A stretch of 64,000 nucleotides of DNA from Vicinamibacterales bacterium (GTDB lineage Bacteria; Acidobacteriota; Vicinamibacteria; Vicinamibacterales; UBA8438). The notes under the pieces were generated by a model, which had not been told where the DNA came from, ran no database searches, and saw only the letters and a program-made list of their open reading frames with translations. This document shows positions 39,419-48,159 of this stretch, in pieces. The position numbers and the translations under genes were made by a program. The DNA is taken from positions 2,333,633-2,397,632 of the forward strand of contig OZ220718.1 of assembly GCA_965116765.1 (NCBI GenBank), in the 5' to 3' direction. Each line of letters starts with the position of its first letter. Positions within the stretch are counted from its first letter, which is position 1.

Positions 39419-39447
39419 ATTATGCTCCATTCTCGACCGTTGTGCAA
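39419..39447 (-). promoter_or_regulatory. Sigma70-type promoter
   Basis: TTGCAC-17 nt-CATAAT, 43 bp upstream of the ATG at 39375. Confidence 0.55.
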
Positions 39448-39654
39448 AACAGAACACGGCAATGCGCGCCATGACCGGGTGGCGGGGCGCACCCGACCAC
39501 GCGGGAGCGCGCGACGGGCTCCAGGATGTCGGATTCGCGCTGACGTCGACGGGGGCGATGGAACCTCTGCTCGGGATCGAAGGCCGTGGGCCCGGACCGG
39601 CGGGGAACGAGGCGCCCGAACGTGCAGTGGCCAATCCGGGCATATGATGGGGGG

Positions 39655-40140
39655 ATGGATGTTGTAGCCGGGACCGCCCCCAAACCCCCAAGAACCAAGC
39701 GCCGAGGACGCCATCCCGACAAGGCCCTCTCGGCCGCCTTCGTACGCTCCGCCCCGCCCGGACGGCACGCCGACGGCAACGGACTGTACCTGTTCGTCCA
39801 GCCCACGGGGACCCGAAGCTGGGTCCAGCGGCTCGTCATCCGCGGCCGCCGCCGTGAGCTCGGGCTGGGCGCCGTCGCGCTCGTCCCGCTCGTCGAGGCC
39901 CGCGAGCGGGCCCTCGCCAACCGCAAGCTGGCCCGGTCCGGCGGCCGCCGCCGTCCCCCACGGCTTCCGGTCGTCGTTCCGGGACTGGGCGGCGGAGGAG
40001 ACCGACCATCCACGGGAGGTCGTCGAGGCGGCGCTCGCTCACGCCGTCCAGAGCACGGTCGAGGCCGCCTACGCCCGCTCGGACTTGTTCGAACGTCGGC
40101 GGCGGCTCATGCGCGATTGGGCGGCGTATCTGGCCGGCGC
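39655..40140 (+). pseudogene. Internally deleted P4-like tyrosine integrase
   Basis: Arm domain (PGRHADGNGLYLFVQPTGTRSWVQR...RELGLG) joined out of frame at ~39945 to the catalytic tail (PHGFRSSFRDWAAE...ALAH...EAAYARSDLFERRRRLMRDW). Confidence 0.9.
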
Positions 40141-40542
40141 GATGCGCCCAGCGCAGCGCCTCGAAGTCCTGCGGATTCACCGCTCCGCGTGGCAGGAACG
40201 CGTCGACGTCGGCCTTGACGGTCCGGCGCATCTGCTCCTTGAAGCCCCCTTTCGGCCGCGCGAACCAACCGGCGCAGCGCTGACGAGCGGCGCGTAGGAG
40301 CGACGATGCCCCCGAGGGCAACCTGATGGCGGCGATGGTGGCGCTGGAGCAGAGCCGGTCGCCGGAAGATCCGGGGCGGGTGCCGGCGGCGCTTCAGCGG
40401 CGGCGGTGGGCGCCGGACGAGGGGCGTCTGGCGCGGGTGTTCGCGGAATGAGGTTCAACTGCGACCATCCGCATGCGGTCGCGAACGCGTCCGCAGGCCT
40501 GACACAGGGCTTCTGTTCCGGCTTCGGTTCGCCGTCAGGCGT

Positions 40543-42201
40543 TCACGGCCCCAGAAGACCCGGCTCCACGGGCAGGCCGGGACGGAACTCGGGCTCGTCG
40601 TCGCGCCAGGGGGTCCGGCTGGGCTCTCCGCGCGTGTACGAGGCCAGGTTGGCGGACATCGGCTGCGCCAGATCGCTGCGTCCGGCGTCGCGGGCGACGT
40701 CGATGGCGAGGCGTTGCCACTCCACGGCGCCGGCGAACTGTCCGACCTCGGCCAGGGCCATGGCCATGGTCTCGGCCGCGGCGGTGGTCTTGACGGAGGC
40801 GACGAGGGCTTCCGCGAGGGCGGCGGCCCCGGGTCCGTTCCGCACCCCGGCGTCGGGAGACGCGGCGAGCAGGCGGGCCAGGGCCATCGCGAAGACCGGC
40901 TGGTCGGGATGGCGCTCGCGCGCCGCCGCCAACCGGTCGCGCGCCTCGCGGTGGCGGCCCAGCCGAGCCAGGGCCATCGCCTCGCCGAAACGGCCCGCGA
41001 CAGTGTCGGGAGCCGCTTCGAGCGCCCGCCGGTAGTGCAGGAGCGCTTCGTCCACCCGCGCCGCCCGGCTGTAGGCGTCGGCCAGGCGCAGATGCGCCTC
41101 GACCGACTCCGGGGCATGCTCGGCGGCGGCGGCGTAGCGTGCCGTCGCCTCCGCGTCCCTGCCCGCCCGCTCGAAGAGGGTCCCGATCATGTAGTTGGCC
41201 TGGGCCGACCGCGGGTCGAGCCGGAGGGCGGCCTCGAGCTCGACGAGGGCCTCGCGGGCGCGCCCGGCCCGGTCGAGGGCCATGCCGAGGCTGAGCTGCA
41301 GGTCGGCGTCGTCGGGCTCGAGCTCGAGGGCCAGGCGGAACTGGCGGACCGCCTCCTCGAGGTCGCGGTTGGCGTCGGCCTGCAGGGCGAGGGTCCGGTG
41401 GCGCTGGGGGCTGCGAAGCGCGTTCCGCAGCTCCTCGAGCAGGGGATCCGGCATGGAGACCCCGACGCCGGCGGAGTAGCCGCCGTCCGTGCGCCCGCCG
41501 CTCCGATCGAGGTGTTGACGGGTCTTCTCGAGGTCGCCGAGGCCGCGGTAGGCCATGCCCAGCGGGTAGTGCACGACGGTGGCGGCAGGGTTCCGGCGCA
41601 GGACCGCTTCCAGGTGCTCGACGGCGGCCGCATGGTCTCCGGCCGCAAGCGCCGCCCGCCCGAGCTGAAACCGCGTGGCCTCCGAGCCCGGCTGGAGCGC
41701 ACGCGCCTGCTCCAGGAACGGTCGGGCGGCATCCCAACGGCCCAGGTCGACGTTGACGTTGATCAGCCAGAACAGCGTGGCGAAGTCGCGCGGCCGCTGG
41801 TCGTGCGCCCGCCCGAACGCGTCGGCCGCCTCTTCCAGGTCTCCGCGCCGCTCGTACAGATGCCCCAGGTAGTAGGCCCAGCGGAACCTCTCGGGGGCCA
41901 GCCTCCGGGCGTTCAGCAGGCAGGCTTCCGCCGCCTCGAAGTACTCGCCGGCCATCAGGAGCATGCCGAGGCGGCCGTAGGCGGCCGCGAGCTCCCCCGG
42001 CCGCGGCGAGGCGCCGGACTCCAGCGCCCGGTGGGCTTCCCGAAGCTGAGCCTGGACCGCTTCGTGCATGCCCGACAGGTCGGGCAGCTCCACCGGTAGA
42101 AGCTCGGCGTCGTCGACGCCGGCAGGGGGCGATCCGCACGCGGCCAGCAGGCAGGCCGCGAGCACGCCGCCGGACAGCATCCTGGACCACATGGTCGTCA
42201 C
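40543..42201 (-). CDS. TPR lipoprotein
   Basis: Lipobox LAAC, LPDLSG, RWAYYLG, HYPLGMAYR, PDPL, C-terminal ALARLLAASPD...RNG. Confidence 0.9.
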   Translation of the reverse strand: MTTMWSRMLSGGVLAACLLAACGSPPAGVDDAELLPVELPDLSGMHEAVQAQLREAHRALESGASPRPGELAAAYGRLGMLLMAGEYFEAAEACLLNARRLAPERFRWAYYLGHLYERRGDLEEAADAFGRAHDQRPRDFATLFWLINVNVDLGRWDAARPFLEQARALQPGSEATRFQLGRAALAAGDHAAAVEHLEAVLRRNPAATVVHYPLGMAYRGLGDLEKTRQHLDRSGGRTDGGYSAGVGVSMPDPLLEELRNALRSPQRHRTLALQADANRDLEEAVRQFRLALELEPDDADLQLSLGMALDRAGRAREALVELEAALRLDPRSAQANYMIGTLFERAGRDAEATARYAAAAEHAPESVEAHLRLADAYSRAARVDEALLHYRRALEAAPDTVAGRFGEAMALARLGRHREARDRLAAARERHPDQPVFAMALARLLAASPDAGVRNGPGAAALAEALVASVKTTAAAETMAMALAEVGQFAGAVEWQRLAIDVARDAGRSDLAQPMSANLASYTRGEPSRTPWRDDEPEFRPGLPVEPGLLGP

Positions 42202-42213
42202 CCTCCGCCCCCT

Positions 42214-42425
42214 GGTGAAACGCCGCGTTGCACCGCGCCCGGGGGGCGCCCGCCGCGAGCCGCGGCCACTGCCCGGCGTTCACCGGTGAGACGCCGCGCT
42301 GCACCGCGCCCGGGGGGCGCCCGCCGCGAGCCGCGGCCACTGCCCGGCGCTCACCGGTGAGACGCCGCGCTGCACCGCGCCCGGGGGGCGCCCGCCGCGA
42401 GCCGCGGCCACTGCCCGGCGTTCAC
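42214..42425. repeat. 71-bp unit x3, each with terminal inverted repeats
   Basis: Units start at 42214, 42285 and 42356: ggtga(a/g)acgccg...cggcg(t/c)tcacc. Confidence 0.9.
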
Positions 42426-44239
42426 TGCCGACTGCCGGCCGTGCCCGTGCCCTCCGTCAGCGTCGTCCAGCCGTCGACCGCCACGCCGGTCCACTCCTCG
42501 ACCCCGCCGCTCGGCCAGATCACCCGCACGCGCTCCACCGCCGTCTCCGCCCCCAGACCGACCAGCACGCGCGGGTCGTTGGCCGACGCGTAGCTCCCGT
42601 CGGCGCGCACACGGCGCCAGAGGGGCGGACCGCCGCCGCCGGGGAACACCGCGACCCGCGCCCCCAGCATGTCGCGCGGGGCCTCGGACCCGCCGACGAG
42701 GCGCAGCCCCAGCCAGTGGCGGCGGTGGCCCACCTCGTTGATCAGGAGGCGCGCCGGGCCGTTGTTGTTGGTCACCAGCACGTCGACGTCGCCGTCGTTG
42801 TCGACGTCGCCGAAGGCGGCCCCCCGGCTGACCTCCGAGAGCGCGAACACCTCCCCCGCCCGGCCCGAGATGTCCTCGAAGCGCCCGCCGCCGAGGTTGC
42901 GGAACAGCTGATTGGGCTCGTGCAGCGGGAAGGGGTCGTCGACGCGGGCGAGGGCCTCGATGGTCCGCACCGCGCCGTTGACGACAAGGGCGTCGAGCCA
43001 CGTGTCGTTGTCGGCGTCGAACCACGCCGCGCCGAAACCGGTGTACGGCAGGCTGGGCGCCCCGAGCCCCGCCTCGGCGCTCCGGTCGGCGAAGAAGCCC
43101 GAGCCGTCGTTGACGTAGAACGTGTTCGTCTCGGCGCTGACGTGGGTCATGAACAGGTCGCCGTCGCCGTCGCCGTCGACGTCGCCCACGTCGACCCCCA
43201 TGCTCGCCTCCGCCGCCCCGACCGCGTTGACGGCCACCCCGGCGAGCAGCGCGTCGTCCCGGAAGCGCCACCCGCCCTCGTTGATCCACAGCTGGTTGGG
43301 CTCGCCGTCGTTGGCGACGTAGATGTCGACCAGGCCGTCCGCGTTCAGGTCGGCGGCGACGACGCCGAGGGCGGGGCCGAACGCCCGGTCGATGCCCGCC
43401 TCGGCCGTCACGTCGGCGAACGTGCCGTCGCCGCGGTTCCGATAGAGGCGATCGGGCTGATAGGGATAGCTCTGCGGGGCGCAGTAGCTCGGCTCCGCGG
43501 TCGCGGTCCGGCACCGGTCGCCGTCGCCCGGCTCGTAGTCGACGTAGTTGCCGACGTAGAGGTCGAGCCGGCCGTCGTGGTCCGCGTCGACGAACGAGGC
43601 GGCCACCCCCCAGAGGGGGTCGTCGGTGCCGCTGGCCGCGGCGACGTCGGTGAACGTGCCGTCGCCGTTGTTCCGGAAGAGCTGGTTGGGCCCCTGCCGC
43701 GTGCGGTAGAGGTCGGTCCAGCCGTCGTTGTCGAAGTCGCCGGCCGCCACCCCCATGCCGTAGGTGCCGACGTCGAGCCCGCTGCCCGCGGTCACGTCGG
43801 TGAAGCGGAGCATGCCGGGATCGCCGGTGCCGTCCTGGAGATCGTTGCGGTAGAGGCGGTCGGTCAGGGGGCGCCCCGCCGGCGGCGGAAACAGCGCATC
43901 GTCCAGCGTCCGGCCGGGCCCGAGCATCTGCCCCTGAAGCAGGTAGACGTCGAGGTCGCCGTCGTTGTCGAAGTCGAACAGGGCCCCGCCCGATCCGAGG
44001 ACCTCGTTGAAGTAGTACTCGCCCGACATGCCGTTGAAGTGGACGAAGTCGATGCCCGCCGCCGCCGCGCGATCGGTGAACCACGTCTCGCCGGCCGCGG
44101 TCGCGACTGCGGGGGTCCCATCGCCCGAAGCGCCCGGGGCGGATCCGGCCGGCGGCCCGCAGCCGGTCGCCAGGAGCGCCAGCCCCCAGACCGGCAGTCT
44201 CCATCGAGCCGCCGCCCGGCTCGGAACCTTCAACCTCAT
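42422..44239 (-). CDS. CRTAC1/ASPIC-UnbV family FG-GAP lipoprotein
   Basis: Lipobox ATGC, FVHFNGMSG, repeated DxDNDGxxD, SRGAAFGDVDNDGD, ASPIC tail GSYASANDPRVLVGLG...WPSG. Confidence 0.92.
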   Translation of the reverse strand: MRLKVPSRAAARWRLPVWGLALLATGCGPPAGSAPGASGDGTPAVATAAGETWFTDRAAAAGIDFVHFNGMSGEYYFNEVLGSGGALFDFDNDGDLDVYLLQGQMLGPGRTLDDALFPPPAGRPLTDRLYRNDLQDGTGDPGMLRFTDVTAGSGLDVGTYGMGVAAGDFDNDGWTDLYRTRQGPNQLFRNNGDGTFTDVAAASGTDDPLWGVAASFVDADHDGRLDLYVGNYVDYEPGDGDRCRTATAEPSYCAPQSYPYQPDRLYRNRGDGTFADVTAEAGIDRAFGPALGVVAADLNADGLVDIYVANDGEPNQLWINEGGWRFRDDALLAGVAVNAVGAAEASMGVDVGDVDGDGDGDLFMTHVSAETNTFYVNDGSGFFADRSAEAGLGAPSLPYTGFGAAWFDADNDTWLDALVVNGAVRTIEALARVDDPFPLHEPNQLFRNLGGGRFEDISGRAGEVFALSEVSRGAAFGDVDNDGDVDVLVTNNNGPARLLINEVGHRRHWLGLRLVGGSEAPRDMLGARVAVFPGGGGPPLWRRVRADGSYASANDPRVLVGLGAETAVERVRVIWPSGGVEEWTGVAVDGWTTLTEGTGTAGSRQ

Positions 44240-44316
44240 CCGACTATCGCGTCCGGTGAGCGCCGGCGGGAATGCGCCGTTGCCGGGCTTGAACACGTCC
44301 GGGATCACTACGCTCA

Positions 44317-44346
44317 GTGTAGGGCAACCCGCCGGCAAACGGCAAC
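44317..44346 (-). promoter_or_regulatory. Putative sigma70 promoter of the CRTAC1-TPR operon
   Basis: TTGCCG-18 nt-TACACT; a variant is retained in the duplicate at ~38325-38355. Confidence 0.45.
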
Positions 44347-44405
44347 GCTCGCGCTTCCCGGCTGCGCCCGCTCCATCCTCCGCCGACGGCGGGACGCGGC
44401 GCAAG

Positions 44406-44440
44406 AAAAAGAGCCGGGAGAGAGGGCTCTCTCCCGGCTC
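44406..44440 (-). terminator. Rho-independent terminator after TonB receptor B
   Basis: gagccgggagagag/ctctctcccggctc stem followed by a U run on the minus strand. Confidence 0.85.
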
Positions 44441-44495
44441 CGGAACGAAGCCAGAATCGACCGCCCGCACGAAGCGGGCGGTCAGGACACGCGCG

Positions 44496-47400
44496 CTAGA
44501 AGCGCATGGTGACCGCGAACTGGACGACGCGGCCTTCGAGCATCCGGTTGCCGCGCTCCCAGGACGACAGGGCCTGGTAGTCGGCGCCGGTGCTGCCTCT
44601 CGCCTCCCGCGAGCTGTGGTCGAGGACCACGCCGTTGTTGAGGACGTTGTAGAACGAGAACCGCGCGTCGTAGCGCCAGCTCCCGATGTTGAACACCTTC
44701 TGGAGGTTCACGTCCAGCTGCGTCCAGTACGGCAGGAACTTCACGCTGCTCAGCGGGATCATCGGGTACCACGCGAACGAGGTGCTCCGCTCGACGGTCT
44801 CGAAGTTGTCCGGAATGATGTTCTGCCCGAGCACGCACGGGGCCACGCAGTGGCCGGGCTGACCGTACAGCTCCTGCGAGTAGGTCCGGTACTTGTGGTT
44901 GCTCGACGTGCTGCTGACGGCGAGGCCTTCCTGCAGGCCGCCCCAGTCGCCGAGGCCGCCCGGATACGCCTGCAGCGAGAAGCCCATCTGCATGTCGCCG
45001 ACGAGCGGCATCGAGAACGGCTGCGTCCCCGACAGCTTGAACTCGTTCCGGTACTGACGCGGATACATGCTCTGGTCGCAGAACCGCAACTGATAGGGCT
45101 CGTCGCCCCGGTCGCGGATGTCGCCGCAGTTGTTGGCCTCGCCGCCGTACCGGCTCGACGCGCCGCTGTTGGTGTCGTAGCCGTAGATCGTGTTGCGGCC
45201 CGTGTCCTCCATCGACCAGCCGCCGAACAGGGTGCCGCCGCCGGGCATACGGCCCTGCATGCTCAGCTCGAAGCCCCGGTACACGTTGCTGTAGGCCCCC
45301 GGGTTGCGGCTGCGGTCGACGTAGTTCGCGGTCTGGGTGCGCACGGCCGGGTCGATGCTGAACCCGGTGAAGTGCCCGACCATCGGGTACGGCCGCGCGA
45401 TCTGGTGGTGCCGGATGCCCGCGAACGCGGGATCGGGGCTGCCGTCGGGGAACGCCCCGAAGTGGCTCATGTTCCAGTCGTCGTTGTCGTCCCACCACGT
45501 GTTGTGGTACGTGCGCTGCCGGTACTCGCCGCTCAGCGAGATGCCCGGGAAGACCTCCTGCTGGATGCCGACGGTCCAGATGCGGTTGTACTCGCGCGCG
45601 GTGATGTCGGGCGTCCGGGTGGGGCTGGTGATCGACCCGAAGGTCTGCGACTCGCGCTGGCCGATCTCCCAGTTCTGGACCACGCCGTCGAGGTTGGTCC
45701 CGTAGTCGTTGAGCCCCGAACAGGCGTTCCCCGCCACGTTCATCTGGCAGTCGAACCAGTCGCGATTTTCCCCGCCGGCGAACCCGTAGGCGTAGCGGCG
45801 GGAGAGGTTGCCGCCGATGTCGCGCACGTACTTGTTCCAGCCGAACTTCAGCGCCGTCCGGGCGTCGCCGAACACGTCGTAGGCCACGCTCAGCCGCGGC
45901 GAGAAGTCAGGGCCGAACTTCGGCAGCTCGCTCTGCGGGCGACCCGGCTGGAGCTGGGCGGGCACGAACCGGCCCGAGCCCTTGGGCGCCTCGGGCACCG
46001 AGATCGCCGCGAAGTCGATCCGCATGCCGTAGTTGAGGGTCAGCCGGTCGACGGTCCACGAGTCCTGCGCGTAGAAGCCGCCGTTGTAGTCCAGCTTGTA
46101 GGACAGGTTGGACGGATGGTTGTAGACGGTGGTCGAGGAAGGCGCGCCCATCAGGCCGCAGTCCCCCTGCATGGTTCCTTCTTCTATGTTCGCGGTCGCC
46201 TGCGGATGATCGCAGTTGAACCACGGCACGCCGTAGAGCATGGGCTGGCTCTGGATGTAGGCGATCGTGTTCAAGCTCGGGTTGTAGGGGTTGCCCAAGG
46301 GCCCCCAGGTGCCCGTCGGGTCCCAGTTCGGGTCGGCCAGCGGGTGGATGCCGTCATCGTAGTAGGCGGCCAAGTTGCCGTTGCTGTTGTTCGTGTGCCG
46401 GTTGTGGCCCTTCGAGAAGTTCGCCCCGAACTTGAAGCTGTGCGAGCCGGTGACGTAGGACAGCGCGCTCTGGTAGGCCCAGCGGTGCGCGTAGTTGTTG
46501 TTCTCGCCCCCGCCCTTCGCCGCAAAGGCCAAGTCAGTCCGGCTGTCCCGGGTATGGACCTGGCTGTACCACGGGTCGCCGCCCATCGCCGGCGCCATCT
46601 GCGCCAGGTGCCGGGCCGAGCCCACCTCGGGGAAGCACGGTGTCTCGGCGCAGACCGCGAGCGACGCCGAGTCGGGCTTCGGCTGGAAGATCAGGTTGCC
46701 GTCCTCGCGGTACCGGTAGTAGCCGGGGTCCCAGTCCTCGTAGATCAGCGAGAACCCGAACTCCGCCAGCATCCGGTTCGACAGCGTCCCCGTCCACTTC
46801 GCCGTCCCCGTGTCGTAGTGCGGTGACGTCCACGACGACGCCGCCGTCTCGAGGTCCGTGCCAGGGCCGTGGTTGCTGAACCGGCGCTTCCGCACCTTGT
46901 CGAACATCGCCGAGATCTTGTGCTGCTGCGTCATCTGCCACGTCAGCCGCATGTTCGCGCTGTGGATCGTGTTGTTGTCCAGCCCCTGCGTGTAGTCGGA
47001 GTTGACGCTGTTGGTGATCTCGTTGTTGACGCCGTTGAACCGCCCGGTCGAGAAGAACCACAGCCGGTCGCGGAACACCGGGCCCCCGATCGACCCGTTG
47101 TTGTCGAAGATGAGGGCGACGCCCGTCGGCTGCTGGATGCCCTGCATCGAGGCCGCCTGGGGCAGGTTCTTCGACTGCCAGTTCCCCGGCGTGAAGCCCG
47201 AGAACCAGCGCCCGCTGTACTGGTTGCCGCCCTCGTTCGGGATCATGTTGATGCGCAGCCCGCCGGTCTGGGTCTCGGCCGTCTGCCCCGACGTCGTGTA
47301 CGACGTCTCCGCCGCGAGCATCGGGTTGATGTAGGCCTGGTACCGGCCGTCGCTGATCATCGTGTTGATCATCATCCCGTCGATCTCGATCGTCGTGTTC

Positions 47401-47957
47401 GACGCGTCGAGACCCCGGCCCATCATCTCGGACTGCTGCACGTTGGCGGTGCCGCCGACGTCCGGCTTGTGGACCTTGACGCCCGGGATCAGGAGCGCGT
47501 ACGACCACATGCTGCGGCCCGTCGGAATCGCCTCCTGCGTCTCCCGGGTCATGACCTCGATGCGCTGAACCTGCTGCACGTCGACCACCGGCGTCTCGCC
47601 CGAGACCGTGATCGTCTCCTCGACCGACCCGACCGACATCACCGCGTCGAGCGGCATCGTCACGTCCGCGCCGAGGATGAGCTGGTCGCGCACCAGCGTG
47701 CCGAACCCGGGCAGGGTGAAGGTGACGGTGTACTCGCCCGGCCGCAGGTCGATGATGTTGTAGGAGCCGGTGCCGTCGGTGAAGACGACACGCGCCCCCT
47801 CGATGAGGACGTCGCTCGACGCCTCGATCGTCACACCGGGCAGCACGCCCCCGGTGTCGTCCGTGACCGCGCCCGCAATCGAGCTCTGCGCCACGGCAAT
47901 CGCGGGCGCCAGCAGCAGAACCGCCGCCACGACCGCAAGGAACCTACCCAACCTCAT
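44496..47957 (-). CDS. TonB-dependent receptor B (1153 aa)
   Basis: Same architecture and signal peptide as A, with divergent loop segments; terminal Phe. Confidence 0.92.
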   Translation of the reverse strand: MRLGRFLAVVAAVLLLAPAIAVAQSSIAGAVTDDTGGVLPGVTIEASSDVLIEGARVVFTDGTGSYNIIDLRPGEYTVTFTLPGFGTLVRDQLILGADVTMPLDAVMSVGSVEETITVSGETPVVDVQQVQRIEVMTRETQEAIPTGRSMWSYALLIPGVKVHKPDVGGTANVQQSEMMGRGLDASNTTIEIDGMMINTMISDGRYQAYINPMLAAETSYTTSGQTAETQTGGLRINMIPNEGGNQYSGRWFSGFTPGNWQSKNLPQAASMQGIQQPTGVALIFDNNGSIGGPVFRDRLWFFSTGRFNGVNNEITNSVNSDYTQGLDNNTIHSANMRLTWQMTQQHKISAMFDKVRKRRFSNHGPGTDLETAASSWTSPHYDTGTAKWTGTLSNRMLAEFGFSLIYEDWDPGYYRYREDGNLIFQPKPDSASLAVCAETPCFPEVGSARHLAQMAPAMGGDPWYSQVHTRDSRTDLAFAAKGGGENNNYAHRWAYQSALSYVTGSHSFKFGANFSKGHNRHTNNSNGNLAAYYDDGIHPLADPNWDPTGTWGPLGNPYNPSLNTIAYIQSQPMLYGVPWFNCDHPQATANIEEGTMQGDCGLMGAPSSTTVYNHPSNLSYKLDYNGGFYAQDSWTVDRLTLNYGMRIDFAAISVPEAPKGSGRFVPAQLQPGRPQSELPKFGPDFSPRLSVAYDVFGDARTALKFGWNKYVRDIGGNLSRRYAYGFAGGENRDWFDCQMNVAGNACSGLNDYGTNLDGVVQNWEIGQRESQTFGSITSPTRTPDITAREYNRIWTVGIQQEVFPGISLSGEYRQRTYHNTWWDDNDDWNMSHFGAFPDGSPDPAFAGIRHHQIARPYPMVGHFTGFSIDPAVRTQTANYVDRSRNPGAYSNVYRGFELSMQGRMPGGGTLFGGWSMEDTGRNTIYGYDTNSGASSRYGGEANNCGDIRDRGDEPYQLRFCDQSMYPRQYRNEFKLSGTQPFSMPLVGDMQMGFSLQAYPGGLGDWGGLQEGLAVSSTSSNHKYRTYSQELYGQPGHCVAPCVLGQNIIPDNFETVERSTSFAWYPMIPLSSVKFLPYWTQLDVNLQKVFNIGSWRYDARFSFYNVLNNGVVLDHSSREARGSTGADYQALSSWERGNRMLEGRVVQFAVTMRF

Positions 47958-48001
47958 GCGTGCACCTCCTCGATCAGAGACCACCAGTGGTCAACCGGCC
48001 T

Positions 48002-48056
48002 TCAGCTCTTGCACCGGCCGCCGAGCCTCACGACGACGACGCCGAGCGAGAACGAC
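48002..48056 (-). pseudogene. 3' remnant of a third beta-barrel gene
   Basis: Translates SFSLGVVVVRLGGRCKS*, compared with LSFSLGFVVRLGDRRN* in both intact barrels; same position relative to the receptor start. Confidence 0.75.
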
Positions 48057-48102
48057 GACGACGTGTCGAAAAAAGAAGCCGAGGAGCAGACGAACGCAAA
48101 AG

Positions 48103-48139
48103 AAAAAACCGGAGCCGGGAGACCTCTCTCCCGGCTCCG
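48103..48139 (-). terminator. Rho-independent terminator after TonB receptor C
   Basis: cggagccgggaga-cctc-tctcccggctccg plus U run. Confidence 0.8.
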
Positions 48140-48159
48140 AGGGTGGAACTCACCCCGCG

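Larger units (their letters stand above)
31661..39562. repeat. Three direct copies of the 3' end of the TPR gene: 31661-31800, 38749-38878, 39492-39562
   Basis: cccgaccacgcgg...caggatgtcggatt(c)gcgctgacgtcgacgg in all three. Copy 2 matches 130 bp with few mismatches. Confidence 0.88.

Noticed and set aside
40140-40321. Minus-strand coding-like fragment (GGFKEQMRRTVKADVDAFLPRG)
   Set aside because: Could be island debris, but I cannot assign it to a family.
42214-42425. Possible CRISPR array
   Set aside because: Units are contiguous and near-identical, with no unique spacers.
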